Counted from the stretch's first letter, positions 27,136-36,718 are shown. The stretch: DNA of 64,000 bases from Nitrososphaerota archaeon (GCA_040290255.1 PSMU01000004.1:1-64000); one strand, 5' to 3'. The notes: generated by a model from the sequence alone, not told the origin. Program-made: numbers and translations.

Positions 27136-28104
27136 CTACCCCTCGCGAAAGTAGGGCTTGCCCAGCGCGGCGGGGGGGCCCACGCGCCTGCGGATGGGCT
27201 CATAGGAGACCACGGCCAGCGCGGCGAGCGTGGCCAGATAGGGCAGCGCCAGCAGCAGCTGGGGCGAGGCCCCCGGCAGGAAGCCCTGCGCCGCGATCGA
27301 GAGCGCGCCCAGGGCCCCGAAGGCATAGGAGAAGAGCGCCAGCCTCAGCGGGCTCCAGGCGGCCAGGATGACGAGCCCCAGGGCAATGAAGCCCCTGAAC
27401 TCCGTGATGGGCTGGCTGTAGCTCCCCTCCGCCCACCCGCCCAGATATCCTAGGATGAGGTACCCCCCTGCCAGCCCCGCCATCGCGCCGCCGAAGCAGG
27501 TGCAGGCATACCTCACCAGGGCCACATTATAGCCCAGGCCATCCGCCATGGCGGGGTCCTCGCCCACGGCCCGCACTATGAGCCCCCACCTCGTCCTGAC
27601 CAAGAGGAACCAGAGCAGGGGCGCCAGCGCCCATGCCAAGTAGACGGGCAGGCTCTCGCCCATAAGGGCGTTGGCCAGCACGCTTCCCCAGGGGCCCAGC
27701 GAGCCCAGCGGGCCCCCAGCGCCCGGGGCCTGAAGCGAGGGCAGCCTCGGCGCCTGCAGGCCCACGAAGGCCTTGCCCAGGAAGCCGCTCAGGCCTATTC
27801 CTAGCAGCGTCACGCCCAGGCCGCTGACGACCTGGTTCGCCCTCAGCGAAACGGAGAGGAGGGAATGCAATAGGCCGAGCGCGAGCCCCGCGCCCAGGCC
27901 CGCCAGCAGGCCCAGGTAGGGGTTCCCCGTCTGAAGCGCGGCCACAAAGGAGGCCAGCCCTCCCAGGGCCATGGTGCCCTCGACGCCCAGGTTGAGCACC
28001 CCTGCCCTCTCCGCATAGGCCTCGCCGAGGGCCGCGAGCAGGAGGATCGTGCCCGCGCTGAGCGTGCTGGTCAGCAGCGCCGGCAGCAGCTCCAGCGCGC
28101 TCAT
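27136..28104 (-). CDS. ABC transporter permease (nucleoside/simple sugar type)
   Basis: ERAGVLNLGVEG, ANQVVSG, RAVGEDP, GFIALG, ALGKPY. Confidence 0.92.
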   Translation of the reverse strand: MSALELLPALLTSTLSAGTILLLAALGEAYAERAGVLNLGVEGTMALGGLASFVAALQTGNPYLGLLAGLGAGLALGLLHSLLSVSLRANQVVSGLGVTLLGIGLSGFLGKAFVGLQAPRLPSLQAPGAGGPLGSLGPWGSVLANALMGESLPVYLAWALAPLLWFLLVRTRWGLIVRAVGEDPAMADGLGYNVALVRYACTCFGGAMAGLAGGYLILGYLGGWAEGSYSQPITEFRGFIALGLVILAAWSPLRLALFSYAFGALGALSIAAQGFLPGASPQLLLALPYLATLAALAVVSYEPIRRRVGPPAALGKPYFREG

Positions 28105-29165
28105 GCCCTCACGAACCTTATCCTATACCTCCTGAGCAGCTCGCCCGCCGCCAGGAAGAGGAAGACGAGCGCCTGCAGGACGAGCGAGATGGAGGACGGG
28201 ATGGCCAGCGAGGCCTGAAGGGCATCGCCGGCCACCAGCAGGGCCCCGAAGAGCAGCGAGGCGGGCACGGCGGCCAGCGGATTGAGGCCGGCGAGGAAGG
28301 CGACGATGATGGCGGTATAGCCGTAGCCCGGCGATATGATGGGCCGAAGCCTGTGGACCATGGCGCTCACCACCACCAGCCCCGCGAGGCCCGAGAGCCC
28401 CCCGCTCACCCCCATCGCGAGCAGGTGGGCCCTGAGCCGGCTCATGCCCACATACCTGGCCGCCTGCTCGCCCTGTCCCACGCTCTTCAGCTCAAAGCCC
28501 CAGGTGGTCCTCTCGAGCAGGAGCGCCACGAGCGGCGCGAGGGCCAGGGCCAGCGGCAGCGCCATATTCAGCGAGGTCCCGGGCAGCGAGGGGAGCGTGC
28601 CCTCGGGAGGAAAGGCAGGGCTAAGGGGGAAGCCATAGCCCCTCGGATCCCTCCAGGGCCCCTGAACCAGGTAGCCCGTCAGGATGATGGCCAGGTAGTT
28701 CATCATGAGGGTGGTTAGCACCTCGTTCATGCCCAGCAGGTTCCTCAGGGCCGCGGCCGAGCAGCCCCAGAGGGCCCCGGCGCCCAAGGCGAGCAGCAGC
28801 ATCAAGGGAAGGAGCAGGGGGCCCCGTAGCCCCAGCACCACGGGCAGCGTGGCCGCGATGGCCCCCAGATAGAGCTGGCCCTCGGCCCCTATATTCCAGA
28901 AGTTCGCCCTGAAGGCCAGCGTCAGGCCTATGGAGATGAGCAGGATGGGCGTCGCGAGGGCGAGGGCGTTGGAGAGGCCGGTGGGCGTCGAGAGAAAGGC
29001 CAGCGCCCTCCCGTAGGCCTCCAGGGGATTTCTTCCCATCAGCAGGAGGAGCGGCATGCCCGCCAGCAGCGACAGGGCCAGCGAGAGCACGGAGGTCGGG
29101 AGCCTGCCCGCCTCCCGGCCGGCCCTGGGCTCGAGCTTCAGCGCGAAGGGCCCCGCCCGGAGCAT
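28101..29165 (-). CDS. ABC transporter permease (nucleoside/simple sugar type)
   Basis: WNIGAEGQ, NEVLTTLMMNY, GYGYTAIIVAFL. Confidence 0.92.
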   Translation of the reverse strand: MLRAGPFALKLEPRAGREAGRLPTSVLSLALSLLAGMPLLLLMGRNPLEAYGRALAFLSTPTGLSNALALATPILLISIGLTLAFRANFWNIGAEGQLYLGAIAATLPVVLGLRGPLLLPLMLLLALGAGALWGCSAAALRNLLGMNEVLTTLMMNYLAIILTGYLVQGPWRDPRGYGFPLSPAFPPEGTLPSLPGTSLNMALPLALALAPLVALLLERTTWGFELKSVGQGEQAARYVGMSRLRAHLLAMGVSGGLSGLAGLVVVSAMVHRLRPIISPGYGYTAIIVAFLAGLNPLAAVPASLLFGALLVAGDALQASLAIPSSISLVLQALVFLFLAAGELLRRYRIRFVRA

Positions 29166-29167
29166 GC

Positions 29168-30679
29168 CTAGGCCCTGATGCCCGCCATGAGGAGGCCTAT
29201 CCTCTCCAGCTCCTGCGCCTGGGCATGGGCGCTCACCCGCCCCACCAGCTGGCCCTTGAAGATGACGGCCACGTTGTCCGCCAGCTGGAGCGCCTCGCCG
29301 AGGTCCTCGGTGATCAGCAGGATGGCCGTGCCCTCCTCCCGGGCCTTAAGCAGCAGCTCCTGCACCTGCCTCGTGCTCCTCACGTCCAGCCCCTTTGTAG
29401 GGTGCTCGGCGATGAGCAGCCTAGGCTTCAGCAGGAGCTCCCTGGCCACGATCAGCTTCTGCATGTTGCCCCCCGAGAGCGTCGCGGCGGGGGCATCGAG
29501 CGAGGGGGCCGTGATGCCGAACTGGGCCAGGACCTGCTGGGCGAAGGCCCTCATCTTGGAGCGGTCGAGGAGCGGCCCCCTGCGGAAGGGCGCTTGCCTA
29601 TATAGATGAAGCATGAGGTTCTCCAGCACGCTCAGCGAGGGTATGATGCCGAGGCCCACTCGGTCCTCGGGTATATAGCCCACGCCCTCGCGTATGAAGG
29701 CCTCCCGTGGCCCGTTGGTGAGCTCCTTGCCCCCCACGAACACGCTCCCCCTTTCGCAGGGCCTTAGCCCCGCCAGGGCCTCGGCCAGCTCATGCTGGCC
29801 ATTTCCCGCTATGCCCACCACGGCCAGCACCTCCCCCTCCGCGAGGGAGAGCGATATGCCCATGACCGCGTGCCCTCCCCTATCGCCAGGGATCCAGAGG
29901 CCCTCGGCCCTCAACACCTCGCCATTTCGCCTGATGCGCGGGCCCTCCGGCCCCCTGGCCTGCAGCTGGCCCACCATCAGCTTGGCCAGCACCTCGGCGC
30001 CCGCCTCGCCCCTCTCGAAGGTGCCCACCACCTTGCCGGCCCTCATCACCGAGATCCTGTCGCCCGCCTCGAGCGCCTCCTCGAGCTTGTGCGTGATGAG
30101 CACGACGGATCTCCCTTCCTGCGCCATCCTCCTCAACAGCGCGAGCAGGCGCGCCACCTCCCCAGGGGATAGTGAGGTGGTGGGCTCATCCAGGATGAGC
30201 AGCCTGGGCCCCTGCAGCAGCGCCCTCAGCAGCTCAACCCTCTGCCTCTCGCCCAGGGCCAGCTGCCAGGCCTTGGCATAGGGGTTGACTGCCAGGCCAT
30301 ACTTCTCGGCCACGCCCTGAAGCCTCTCGACCAGCCCCTGCCGGCCAAGCCTGAAGCCCGTCTCGAGGGCGAGGGCCACGTTCTCCCAGACGCTCAGGGA
30401 GGGCACGAGCGCCGGGTGCTGAGGGACCATCACGATGCCCAGCCTCCTGGCCTCCCTCGGGGAGCCCGGCCTCACCCTCGTGCCGTTCCACAGGATTTCG
30501 CCCTCATCGGGGCTGAGCATGCCCGCGAGCACGCGCATAAGCGTCGTCTTGCCGGCCCCGTTCTCGCCGAGCAGCACGTGCACCTCGGCCGGCCTTATCT
30601 CCAGGCTGGCCCGGTCGTTGGCCAGCGCTCCTGGGAACCTCTTTACTATGCCCCTGAGCTCCGCCAGCGGCGGGGCCAT
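29168..30679 (-). CDS. ABC transporter ATP-binding protein with two NBDs
   Basis: GENGAGKTT, LILDEPT, LSGGNMQK, PTKGLDV. Confidence 0.95.
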   Translation of the reverse strand: MAPPLAELRGIVKRFPGALANDRASLEIRPAEVHVLLGENGAGKTTLMRVLAGMLSPDEGEILWNGTRVRPGSPREARRLGIVMVPQHPALVPSLSVWENVALALETGFRLGRQGLVERLQGVAEKYGLAVNPYAKAWQLALGERQRVELLRALLQGPRLLILDEPTTSLSPGEVARLLALLRRMAQEGRSVVLITHKLEEALEAGDRISVMRAGKVVGTFERGEAGAEVLAKLMVGQLQARGPEGPRIRRNGEVLRAEGLWIPGDRGGHAVMGISLSLAEGEVLAVVGIAGNGQHELAEALAGLRPCERGSVFVGGKELTNGPREAFIREGVGYIPEDRVGLGIIPSLSVLENLMLHLYRQAPFRRGPLLDRSKMRAFAQQVLAQFGITAPSLDAPAATLSGGNMQKLIVARELLLKPRLLIAEHPTKGLDVRSTRQVQELLLKAREEGTAILLITEDLGEALQLADNVAVIFKGQLVGRVSAHAQAQELERIGLLMAGIRA

Positions 30680-30683
30680 GGCT

Positions 30684-31949
30684 CTAATCGGTGGCTATCT
30701 TGGTCTCCACTCCCTGTACGAACCAGTTCATCGTCCAGAGCTCATCCCTGCCGAGCCTCTCGCCCTCCTTCACCCTAAGGCTGCCATCCTGGTCCCTTAT
30801 GGGCCCCGTGTAGGGCTCGAAGAGCAGCTCCTTCATCAGCTCCCACCTTTGGGCGAAGAGCGTCTTGTACTGGTCGGGCAGCACGGGGTTCAGGGGGGCA
30901 GGATAGACCGCGCCCAGCAGGCCCCTGGAGCCCATCGACTTAAGCGTGGCCGCATCCGCAAGCAGGCCGGGGTTCGGCTGCCCCCTCCAGCGGTAGGGCA
31001 TGTAATCGCCGACGCGGGCCCAGATGTCCCTGCTCGCCCAGGCGCCCGAATATGCGGCCGAGAGGAGGTCCACGTAGATGGGGCCCCAGTTGACGATCTG
31101 GCCCGTTAGGTGGGCGTTGGGCCCCACGGCGCTCATATCGTTGTAGTGGCTAAAGCTCCAGACCCTCCTCCCCTTCTGCGTGGTGTACTGTTCAGCGACC
31201 TGCAGCACGGTGGGGGAGTCCTCCGTAAATGCCAGCACATCACAGTTTTCGTTCTCTATTAGATCCACGGCCGCCGTCCTGGCCTTGTCGGGGCTGTACC
31301 AGGCGCCCAGCCTCCTGATGAAGAGCTTCACGTTGGGGTTGACCTCCCTGGCGCCCAGCACGAAGGCATTGATGTGCCTCACCACCTCGGGGATAAGGAA
31401 GGCGGCCACGTAGCCCAGGTTATTCGTCTTGGTCATGGCCCCCGCCGCGATGCCGCAGAGATAGTACAGCTGATAGAACTCGGCGAAGTAGGAGCCCATG
31501 TTCCTGGGCGCGTTGCCCGCCGCCCCGCTCCTGTAGCCCGAGCAGTGCTCGAAGAGCAGGTCGGGATGCTTAGCAGCAGCATTGGCCGTGCCGTCCATAT
31601 AGCCGAAGCTGGTCGTGAAGATCACCTTGGCCCCATCGGCTATGAGCGACTCGATCTTCTGCTCCACCTCGGCCTCGGGCACGCTCTCTATGTAAGAGGT
31701 CTTCAGCCAGGGGAGCTCGGCCTCCGCGAACTTCCTGCCCTCATCATGGGCCTTCGTCCAGCCGAAGTCCCCCACGGGGCCCACGTAGATGAAGCCGGCC
31801 TTCAGCTGGCCCTGCTGTGCGGGGGAGGGCGCCGCCCGCGGGCCCATGATGCTGGCCACGCCATAACCGGCCACGCCCCCCACAATCGCCCCTGCCGCGG
31901 CCGTGCCCACCAGCTTCAAAAAGTCCCTCCTGTCGACGGAGGACTGCAT
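30684..31949 (-). CDS. BMP-family substrate-binding protein with Tat signal
   Basis: MQSSVDRRDFLK twin-arginine motif; YVGPVGDFGW, TSFGYMD, PEVVRHINAF. Confidence 0.92.
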   Translation of the reverse strand: MQSSVDRRDFLKLVGTAAAGAIVGGVAGYGVASIMGPRAAPSPAQQGQLKAGFIYVGPVGDFGWTKAHDEGRKFAEAELPWLKTSYIESVPEAEVEQKIESLIADGAKVIFTTSFGYMDGTANAAAKHPDLLFEHCSGYRSGAAGNAPRNMGSYFAEFYQLYYLCGIAAGAMTKTNNLGYVAAFLIPEVVRHINAFVLGAREVNPNVKLFIRRLGAWYSPDKARTAAVDLIENENCDVLAFTEDSPTVLQVAEQYTTQKGRRVWSFSHYNDMSAVGPNAHLTGQIVNWGPIYVDLLSAAYSGAWASRDIWARVGDYMPYRWRGQPNPGLLADAATLKSMGSRGLLGAVYPAPLNPVLPDQYKTLFAQRWELMKELLFEPYTGPIRDQDGSLRVKEGERLGRDELWTMNWFVQGVETKIATD

Positions 31950-31970
31950 GGCTTTGCACAAAAGGCGGTG

Positions 31971-31986
31971 ATTATATGAACATAAT
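31971..31986 (-). promoter_or_regulatory. TATA box overlapped by the palindrome ATTAT-N6-ATAAT
   Basis: attatatgaacataat, 22 nt upstream of the BMP gene ATG. Confidence 0.55.
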
Positions 31987-32181
31987 TGAACACGCTCTAG
32001 TATACCAGCGCGCCCCCGTGCCGGCGCGGTGCCATGCGGGTAGGCCTGAGGAACCCCGGTCTCTGCCGTCCGCTGCCATATTGAAAGCTGGACCTTGGCC
32101 GCCCTGCGTGCCGGCCGGAGCATCGTAGCCGCCTTTCCTGGCCACTCATCCCCTAAGGCCTTCGCCAAGAGGAAAGGGGGC

Positions 32182-32727
32182 TCAGTACAAATGGTTGAGC
32201 ATGACGTAGACGACGATGCCCAGCGTGAGGCTGGTGGACCAAAGGGCCACCGCCCAGCGGCCCACCTTGGGATGGGCCGTCCGCCTTACCTCGCCGAGCG
32301 GATATGTAAGGCCCACCAGCACGTTGTAGACGACGAGGGGAATCGAGAGGATGGAGAGGGATACGTGTATGGTCAGGGTAGGGAGGTAGATCCAGCGATA
32401 CACAACCTCGGGTCCGCCGAAGGCCTTGATGCCCCCCAGGTAGACCCGCGTGACATACATGATGAGAAAGGCCATGATGAGCAGGAAGGCCGAGCCCATG
32501 AACCTCCTGTGCATGGGCACCCTGCCCCGCCTGATGGCCCTCCAGCCCAAAAGGAGGCAGGCCAGGGCGCCCAGGTTCACGGCCGCGATCAGGTGAGGAA
32601 GGACTCCCACCAGAAGCGTGAAGCCGGGCCCCTGGCTCACTGGCCTCTGGGCAAGAAGCAGGTAGGAGAGGAGGGCGTATATAGAAAGGGTTGCCAGCAG
32701 CGTGCCCAGGAGCGGCGTCCCCCTCAA
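32182..32727 (-). CDS. DUF420 family membrane protein
   Basis: LPHLIAAVN, HRRFM, FLIMY, LTIHVSL, HPKVGRWAVALW. Confidence 0.85.
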   Translation of the reverse strand: MRGTPLLGTLLATLSIYALLSYLLLAQRPVSQGPGFTLLVGVLPHLIAAVNLGALACLLLGWRAIRRGRVPMHRRFMGSAFLLIMAFLIMYVTRVYLGGIKAFGGPEVVYRWIYLPTLTIHVSLSILSIPLVVYNVLVGLTYPLGEVRRTAHPKVGRWAVALWSTSLTLGIVVYVMLNHLY

Positions 32728-33026
32728 GCGGCCCGGGCGCCCACGTGCTCGGAGGGTTAAAGGATTTCGGGCGATGTGTCGGCACGTGATCCTTTAAACC
32801 AGCACTTCAGCCTCAGTTCCTCCGACGACCAAGCACAGGCCCGTTCCTCAGCCCTAACTCTTTGCCTCCTGCTGCGGCCCCTGGGTCCGTTATGCGAGGA
32901 GGCGTCCATGCGCTCTGCCCCTCAACCCCTTGGATTGCGCACCTGATCCCCTTAGCGCCCTTTCACGACATCCAGCTAAAAGCTACCTAAGGGGTTGATT
33001 GAGCGTGGGCGGCCTGCCGCGATAGG

Positions 33027-33101
33027 CGGGCCCGGTGGGATTCGAACCCACGCCCCCCGGCTCCGGAGGCCGGTGCCCTATCCATGCTGGGCCACGGGCC
33101 C
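33027..33101 (-). tRNA. tRNA-Arg(CCG), intronless
   Basis: Cloverleaf GGGCCCG...CCGGC-CTCCGGA-GCCGG...GTGGG-TTCGAAT-CCCAC-CGGGCCC-G; TTTAAG about 22 nt upstream. Confidence 0.96.
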
Positions 33102-33172
33102 TGCTTATGGCGCTCTGGGGCCCTTAAAGGCTTGTCGGGAAGGCTTGAATAGGTTCCCCGCGCGGGCATCAT

Positions 33173-34084
33173 ATGGCCAGTTCGAAGGAAGAGCTCGGGG
33201 CGCTTCTTGCGAGGCTCTCCGAGGATAAGCTCAGCGGCTCCCGCCATCTTGCGCTAGTTGCCCTCAGGGCCCTTGAGCTCTATCTGCTGCGGGCCGAGGA
33301 GGAGCCACCTTCGCTATACAGGGGGGCCCTTCAGCTGGCCAAAGATATGGCGGCGCTTAGGCCCAACATGGCGGCCATAGCGAACGCGCTGGCGGAGGTG
33401 CTGCACGTAATGGGCACCCAGCTACAAGCCCGCGAGGCCCGGCAAGTGGGGCTTCATGCCATTGAGCGCGTGGCCTCGGAGCTGAGGGGAGCGGCCCAGC
33501 GCACGGCCCGGGCCTTTAGGGCCCTGGTGGAGCCCGGGGGCGTATATGTCACGCTCAGCAGCAGCGAGACGGTCAGGGAGGGGCTTCTGGCTGCCCGGCC
33601 GGCCCTAGTGTATGTCTGCGAATCACGGCCGAGGCTGGAGGGAAGGGCCCTTGCCAGGCAGCTCAAAGAAGCTGGCCTGGAGGCCATCCTCATCCCCGAC
33701 GTGGCCGCTTCCTTCGCCCTCGAGAGGGCCTCCGCCCTGGTGCTGGGGGCGGATGTGGTCTATCCGGATGGCCGCTTCGTGAATAAGGCGGGGAGTAAGC
33801 TGCTCTGCTGCCATGCCTCCCGGCTTCAGAGGCCCGTTTACGTGCTCTTTGACCGCTGGAAGCTCTGGCCCCTTCCTCCCGCCTCCTTCTCGCCTGAGCA
33901 GGATGACCCGTCCCTTCTCACCCAGGGCGAGCCGGGGCTAAGGGCAGAGGTTCCCCTCTTTGAGGTCGTGGAGCCCCCTGCCACGCTGGTGCACGTTTCG
34001 GAGTTTGGGCCCCTTAGGGAGCACGAGCTGAGGGCAAGGGCCCAAGAGCGACTCCTCATGCTGCGGGCCCTGATGACGAACTAG
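33173..34084 (+). CDS. eIF-2B alpha/beta/delta (sugar-phosphate isomerase-like) family protein
   Basis: RPNMAAIAN, CESRPRLEG, LGADVV, VNKAGS. Confidence 0.85.
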   Translation: MASSKEELGALLARLSEDKLSGSRHLALVALRALELYLLRAEEEPPSLYRGALQLAKDMAALRPNMAAIANALAEVLHVMGTQLQAREARQVGLHAIERVASELRGAAQRTARAFRALVEPGGVYVTLSSSETVREGLLAARPALVYVCESRPRLEGRALARQLKEAGLEAILIPDVAASFALERASALVLGADVVYPDGRFVNKAGSKLLCCHASRLQRPVYVLFDRWKLWPLPPASFSPEQDDPSLLTQGEPGLRAEVPLFEVVEPPATLVHVSEFGPLREHELRARAQERLLMLRALMTN

Positions 34085-34156
34085 CCGTGGGCCAGAACCA
34101 CGGGGGCTCGTCCCGGCGTGCCGGTGGCGCTTAAATAGCCCGACCAAGAGCCGAAC

Positions 34157-34357
34157 ATGCGCCAGAGGGCTCGACCTTCCAGGAGGGCGATACAGCTCGT
34201 GGAGGAGGCGATCCTGCTCACGGTGGCCATCGTGCTCTTCGGCCTCATCTTTAAGGGCGTGCAGAGCACGCTCATGAAGGCGGGAGACTTCACGACGAAC
34301 ATATGGGATGCCGTGCAGAAGGCCTTCACGGACCTCTTCAGCTTCCTCTGGAAGTAA
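34157..34357 (+). CDS. Flp/type IV pilin-like protein
   Basis: Basic leader RRA|IQLVEEAILLTVAIVLFGLIF with Glu at +5; 66 aa; TTAAATA upstream. Confidence 0.7.
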   Translation: MRQRARPSRRAIQLVEEAILLTVAIVLFGLIFKGVQSTLMKAGDFTTNIWDAVQKAFTDLFSFLWK

Positions 34358-34360
34358 CCG

Positions 34361-36028
34361 TTGAGGCTGCCGGGGCTGCTGAGGAGAAGGCCCTTCATGG
34401 GCCTGGAGCTGAGCGGGGATGGCGGTGCCCTAATTCTTGACGGACCCAGGGGCAAGAGGGCGCTGGGCGCGCTCGGCATTACGCCTCCCATGGCGGAGGC
34501 CCAGGGCCCCAGCGCGCGGGCCTATGAAGCCCAGCTGCGCCGCCTCCTTGAAGCGCTCAGGAGGGCCAACGTGCCCTTCATCTACCAGCTGCTGCTCGAG
34601 CCCTCGGAGGACGGCTTCTTCTCCTACCATCTTATGGCCGCCACCTGGGGCGAGGGCCCTAGCCCTGAGGCCTCGCTGCAGCTCTTGGAGGAGAGGCTGC
34701 GCATCCTTCAGGCGGCGCTCGACGTGGCCTTGCCTGGGACCACGCTGAGGAGGCTCAGGCACGGAGGCCTGCTCAGGCTGCTGTCCTACCTATCTGGAGG
34801 CGCGAGCGGGCTGAGGAAGGCCAAGCCCGAGGAGCTATGGCCCTTCGTCTCCGCGCCAGCGCCGGCGCCCTGGAAGGGCGAGGGCAGGGCTCCCTACTTT
34901 TACGTGCCGGAGCGCGAGGAGGCGGGGGAGGAGGCGGACATCTACTTGGGCAAGGCGCTCGTGGAGGGCCAGCCCAGCCGGCAGGTCTACGTGACCAAGG
35001 AGGAGCTCAGCAGGCATGCCGTGCTTTTGGGCGCCACGGGCTCGGGCAAGTCCTTCACCGCCGCCCACATCCTCCTGCAGGCCCACAGGAAGGGCCTGCC
35101 GTTCATCGTGCTGGACTGGCATAACGAGTACTCGAAGCTCGTCAGGGCCCTGGGAGGGCAGGTGATAACGCCGGGGGAGCAGCCCCTCTTCAATCCCCTG
35201 GAGCCCATCGCGAGGAGGGCCATCAGCGATCACGTGGATTTGATCACGGACATCTTCTCGGATGTCTACCGCTTCACCTCGCCCCAGGCCTATCTCTTCA
35301 GGTCGACGCTCGAGGACCTGCTCTCCGTGAGCAAGGACGAGGTGACGCTCTCCGACCTGCTGGCCGCGCTTCAGGCGAGGCCCCTGCACTCGGCCTACGA
35401 TAACGAGACCAAGATGGCGCTGCTGAGGAGGCTAACGCCCCTGACCAGGGGCCTCGTGGGCAGCGCCCTTGACCGGCGCGGGGCGCCGCGCATCACGTCG
35501 CTGCTCGACCGCCCCTGCTGCCTGGAGCTGGGCCACTTCAAGGAGCTCGAGCTGAGGAGCATCGTGGCCGGCTTGACGCTAAAACTCATCTACGACCTGC
35601 GCACCTCCGAGGGCCCCTCGCCCCTAAAGCACCTGGTGGCCCTGGAGGAGGCGAGGTTCCTGGTGCCTCCTAGGAGGCCCGAGGAGCCCCCCAGCATCGT
35701 GGAGAAGATGGTGGGCGAGCTCAGAAAGTTCGGCGAGGGCGTGGTGCTCATAGCGCAGTTCCCCACGATGCTGGCGCAGGAGGTGATCAAGAACGCCGGG
35801 GTGAAGCTCATCTTCAGGATGACGTGGCTGGAGGACCTGAGGCTGGTGAGGGATGCCCTGGGCCTGACCGAGGAGCAGCTCGCCTACCTGGGCCATATGG
35901 CCGTGGGCGAAGCGCTGCTCTCCACGAGCCGCTTCAGGCAGCCCGTGCACCTCCGCATCGAGGACCAGGAGCTGGCCCAGCTGCTAGCGCGACCCCGAGG
36001 CGAGGCCTATGACGGACTCGGGCCCTAG
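34361..36028 (+). CDS. HerA/FtsK/VirB4-like ATPase (DUF87 type)
   Basis: RHAVLLGATGSGKS, VLDWHNEY, VALEEAR, ELRKFGEG, IAQFP. Confidence 0.9.
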   Translation: MRLPGLLRRRPFMGLELSGDGGALILDGPRGKRALGALGITPPMAEAQGPSARAYEAQLRRLLEALRRANVPFIYQLLLEPSEDGFFSYHLMAATWGEGPSPEASLQLLEERLRILQAALDVALPGTTLRRLRHGGLLRLLSYLSGGASGLRKAKPEELWPFVSAPAPAPWKGEGRAPYFYVPEREEAGEEADIYLGKALVEGQPSRQVYVTKEELSRHAVLLGATGSGKSFTAAHILLQAHRKGLPFIVLDWHNEYSKLVRALGGQVITPGEQPLFNPLEPIARRAISDHVDLITDIFSDVYRFTSPQAYLFRSTLEDLLSVSKDEVTLSDLLAALQARPLHSAYDNETKMALLRRLTPLTRGLVGSALDRRGAPRITSLLDRPCCLELGHFKELELRSIVAGLTLKLIYDLRTSEGPSPLKHLVALEEARFLVPPRRPEEPPSIVEKMVGELRKFGEGVVLIAQFPTMLAQEVIKNAGVKLIFRMTWLEDLRLVRDALGLTEEQLAYLGHMAVGEALLSTSRFRQPVHLRIEDQELAQLLARPRGEAYDGLGP

Positions 36029-36538
36029 CTCATCGAGCCAGCTGGGGGCCCAGGTTGGAGCAGCCCCGCCATCCAGCCAGGCCTCCAGCTCGTCGGCCAC
36101 CTGCTCCGGCGTCTTCTTGGTGGTATCGAACTGGGCCACGCGGCCCCTCCCAAAGGCCCTGAGCGCATCGTAGTAGATGATATCCAGCGCCTCGCTGAGG
36201 ACGTTCTCCTTGACCTTGGTGGCATGATAGCCCCTGGCCCTGAGCCTCGCGAGGAGCTCGAAGGGATGACAGCGCAGCACGGCCACCCTCCTCACCTCAC
36301 CCCTCCCGAGCACGTAGGGCAACAGATGGCCCGTTATGATCTTGTTCTCGTCGGCGAGCATCAGGATGAGAGGCCTCACGGCCTTCACGTCCACCTCGCC
36401 CTCCTCGCCCACGAGCCCATGGGCCCTGAGCGCCGAGGCGATGTCCACCACCTCCAGGCCCCTTCTCTTAGCCAGCAGCGCGGCCACCGTCTTCTTGCCC
36501 GTTCCTGGCGTGCCCGTGATGCCTAGCGCGAAGCGCAA
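35984..36538 (-). CDS. AK6/Fap7-type adenylate kinase
   Basis: ITGTPGTGKKT, ITGH, LRCHP, RLRARGY, KVKENV; probable TTG start at 36538. Confidence 0.9.
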   Translation of the reverse strand: MRFALGITGTPGTGKKTVAALLAKRRGLEVVDIASALRAHGLVGEEGEVDVKAVRPLILMLADENKIITGHLLPYVLGRGEVRRVAVLRCHPFELLARLRARGYHATKVKENVLSEALDIIYYDALRAFGRGRVAQFDTTKKTPEQVADELEAWLDGGAAPTWAPSWLDELGPESVIGLASGSR

Positions 36539-36590
36539 CCTTGCCCCTGCGCAGGGGAAAGCTTTAAGCCCTCCGCCCCCCATGACCCCC

Positions 36591-36696
36591 AGCCCGGTCG
36601 TCTAGCGGCCAATCCCCCACGGAAGGGCTACGGATGCCGGCCTCTGGATCCGGGGGAGAGCCGGCGACGGCGGTTCGAATCCGCCCCGGGCTACCA
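36591..36696 (+). tRNA. tRNA-Gln(CTG) with two introns and encoded CCA
   Basis: AGCCCGG acceptor stem; anticodon CTG at 36644-36646; removing 36613-36631 and 36648-36658 restores a canonical cloverleaf. Confidence 0.92.
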
Positions 36697-36718
36697 TAGC
36701 ATAGCTCCTGCCCTGCGC

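Noticed and set aside
31950-32168. N-terminal extension of the BMP protein as given in the ORF track (similarly the long upstream starts for ndk, rps13, ribH, Lsm and sucC)
   Set aside because: Homology, TATA position and gene overlaps support the downstream start codons
27136-36696. Integrated element bounded by tRNA-Arg or tRNA-Gln
   Set aside because: No integrase and no duplicated tRNA 3' end (att site) were seen in the window
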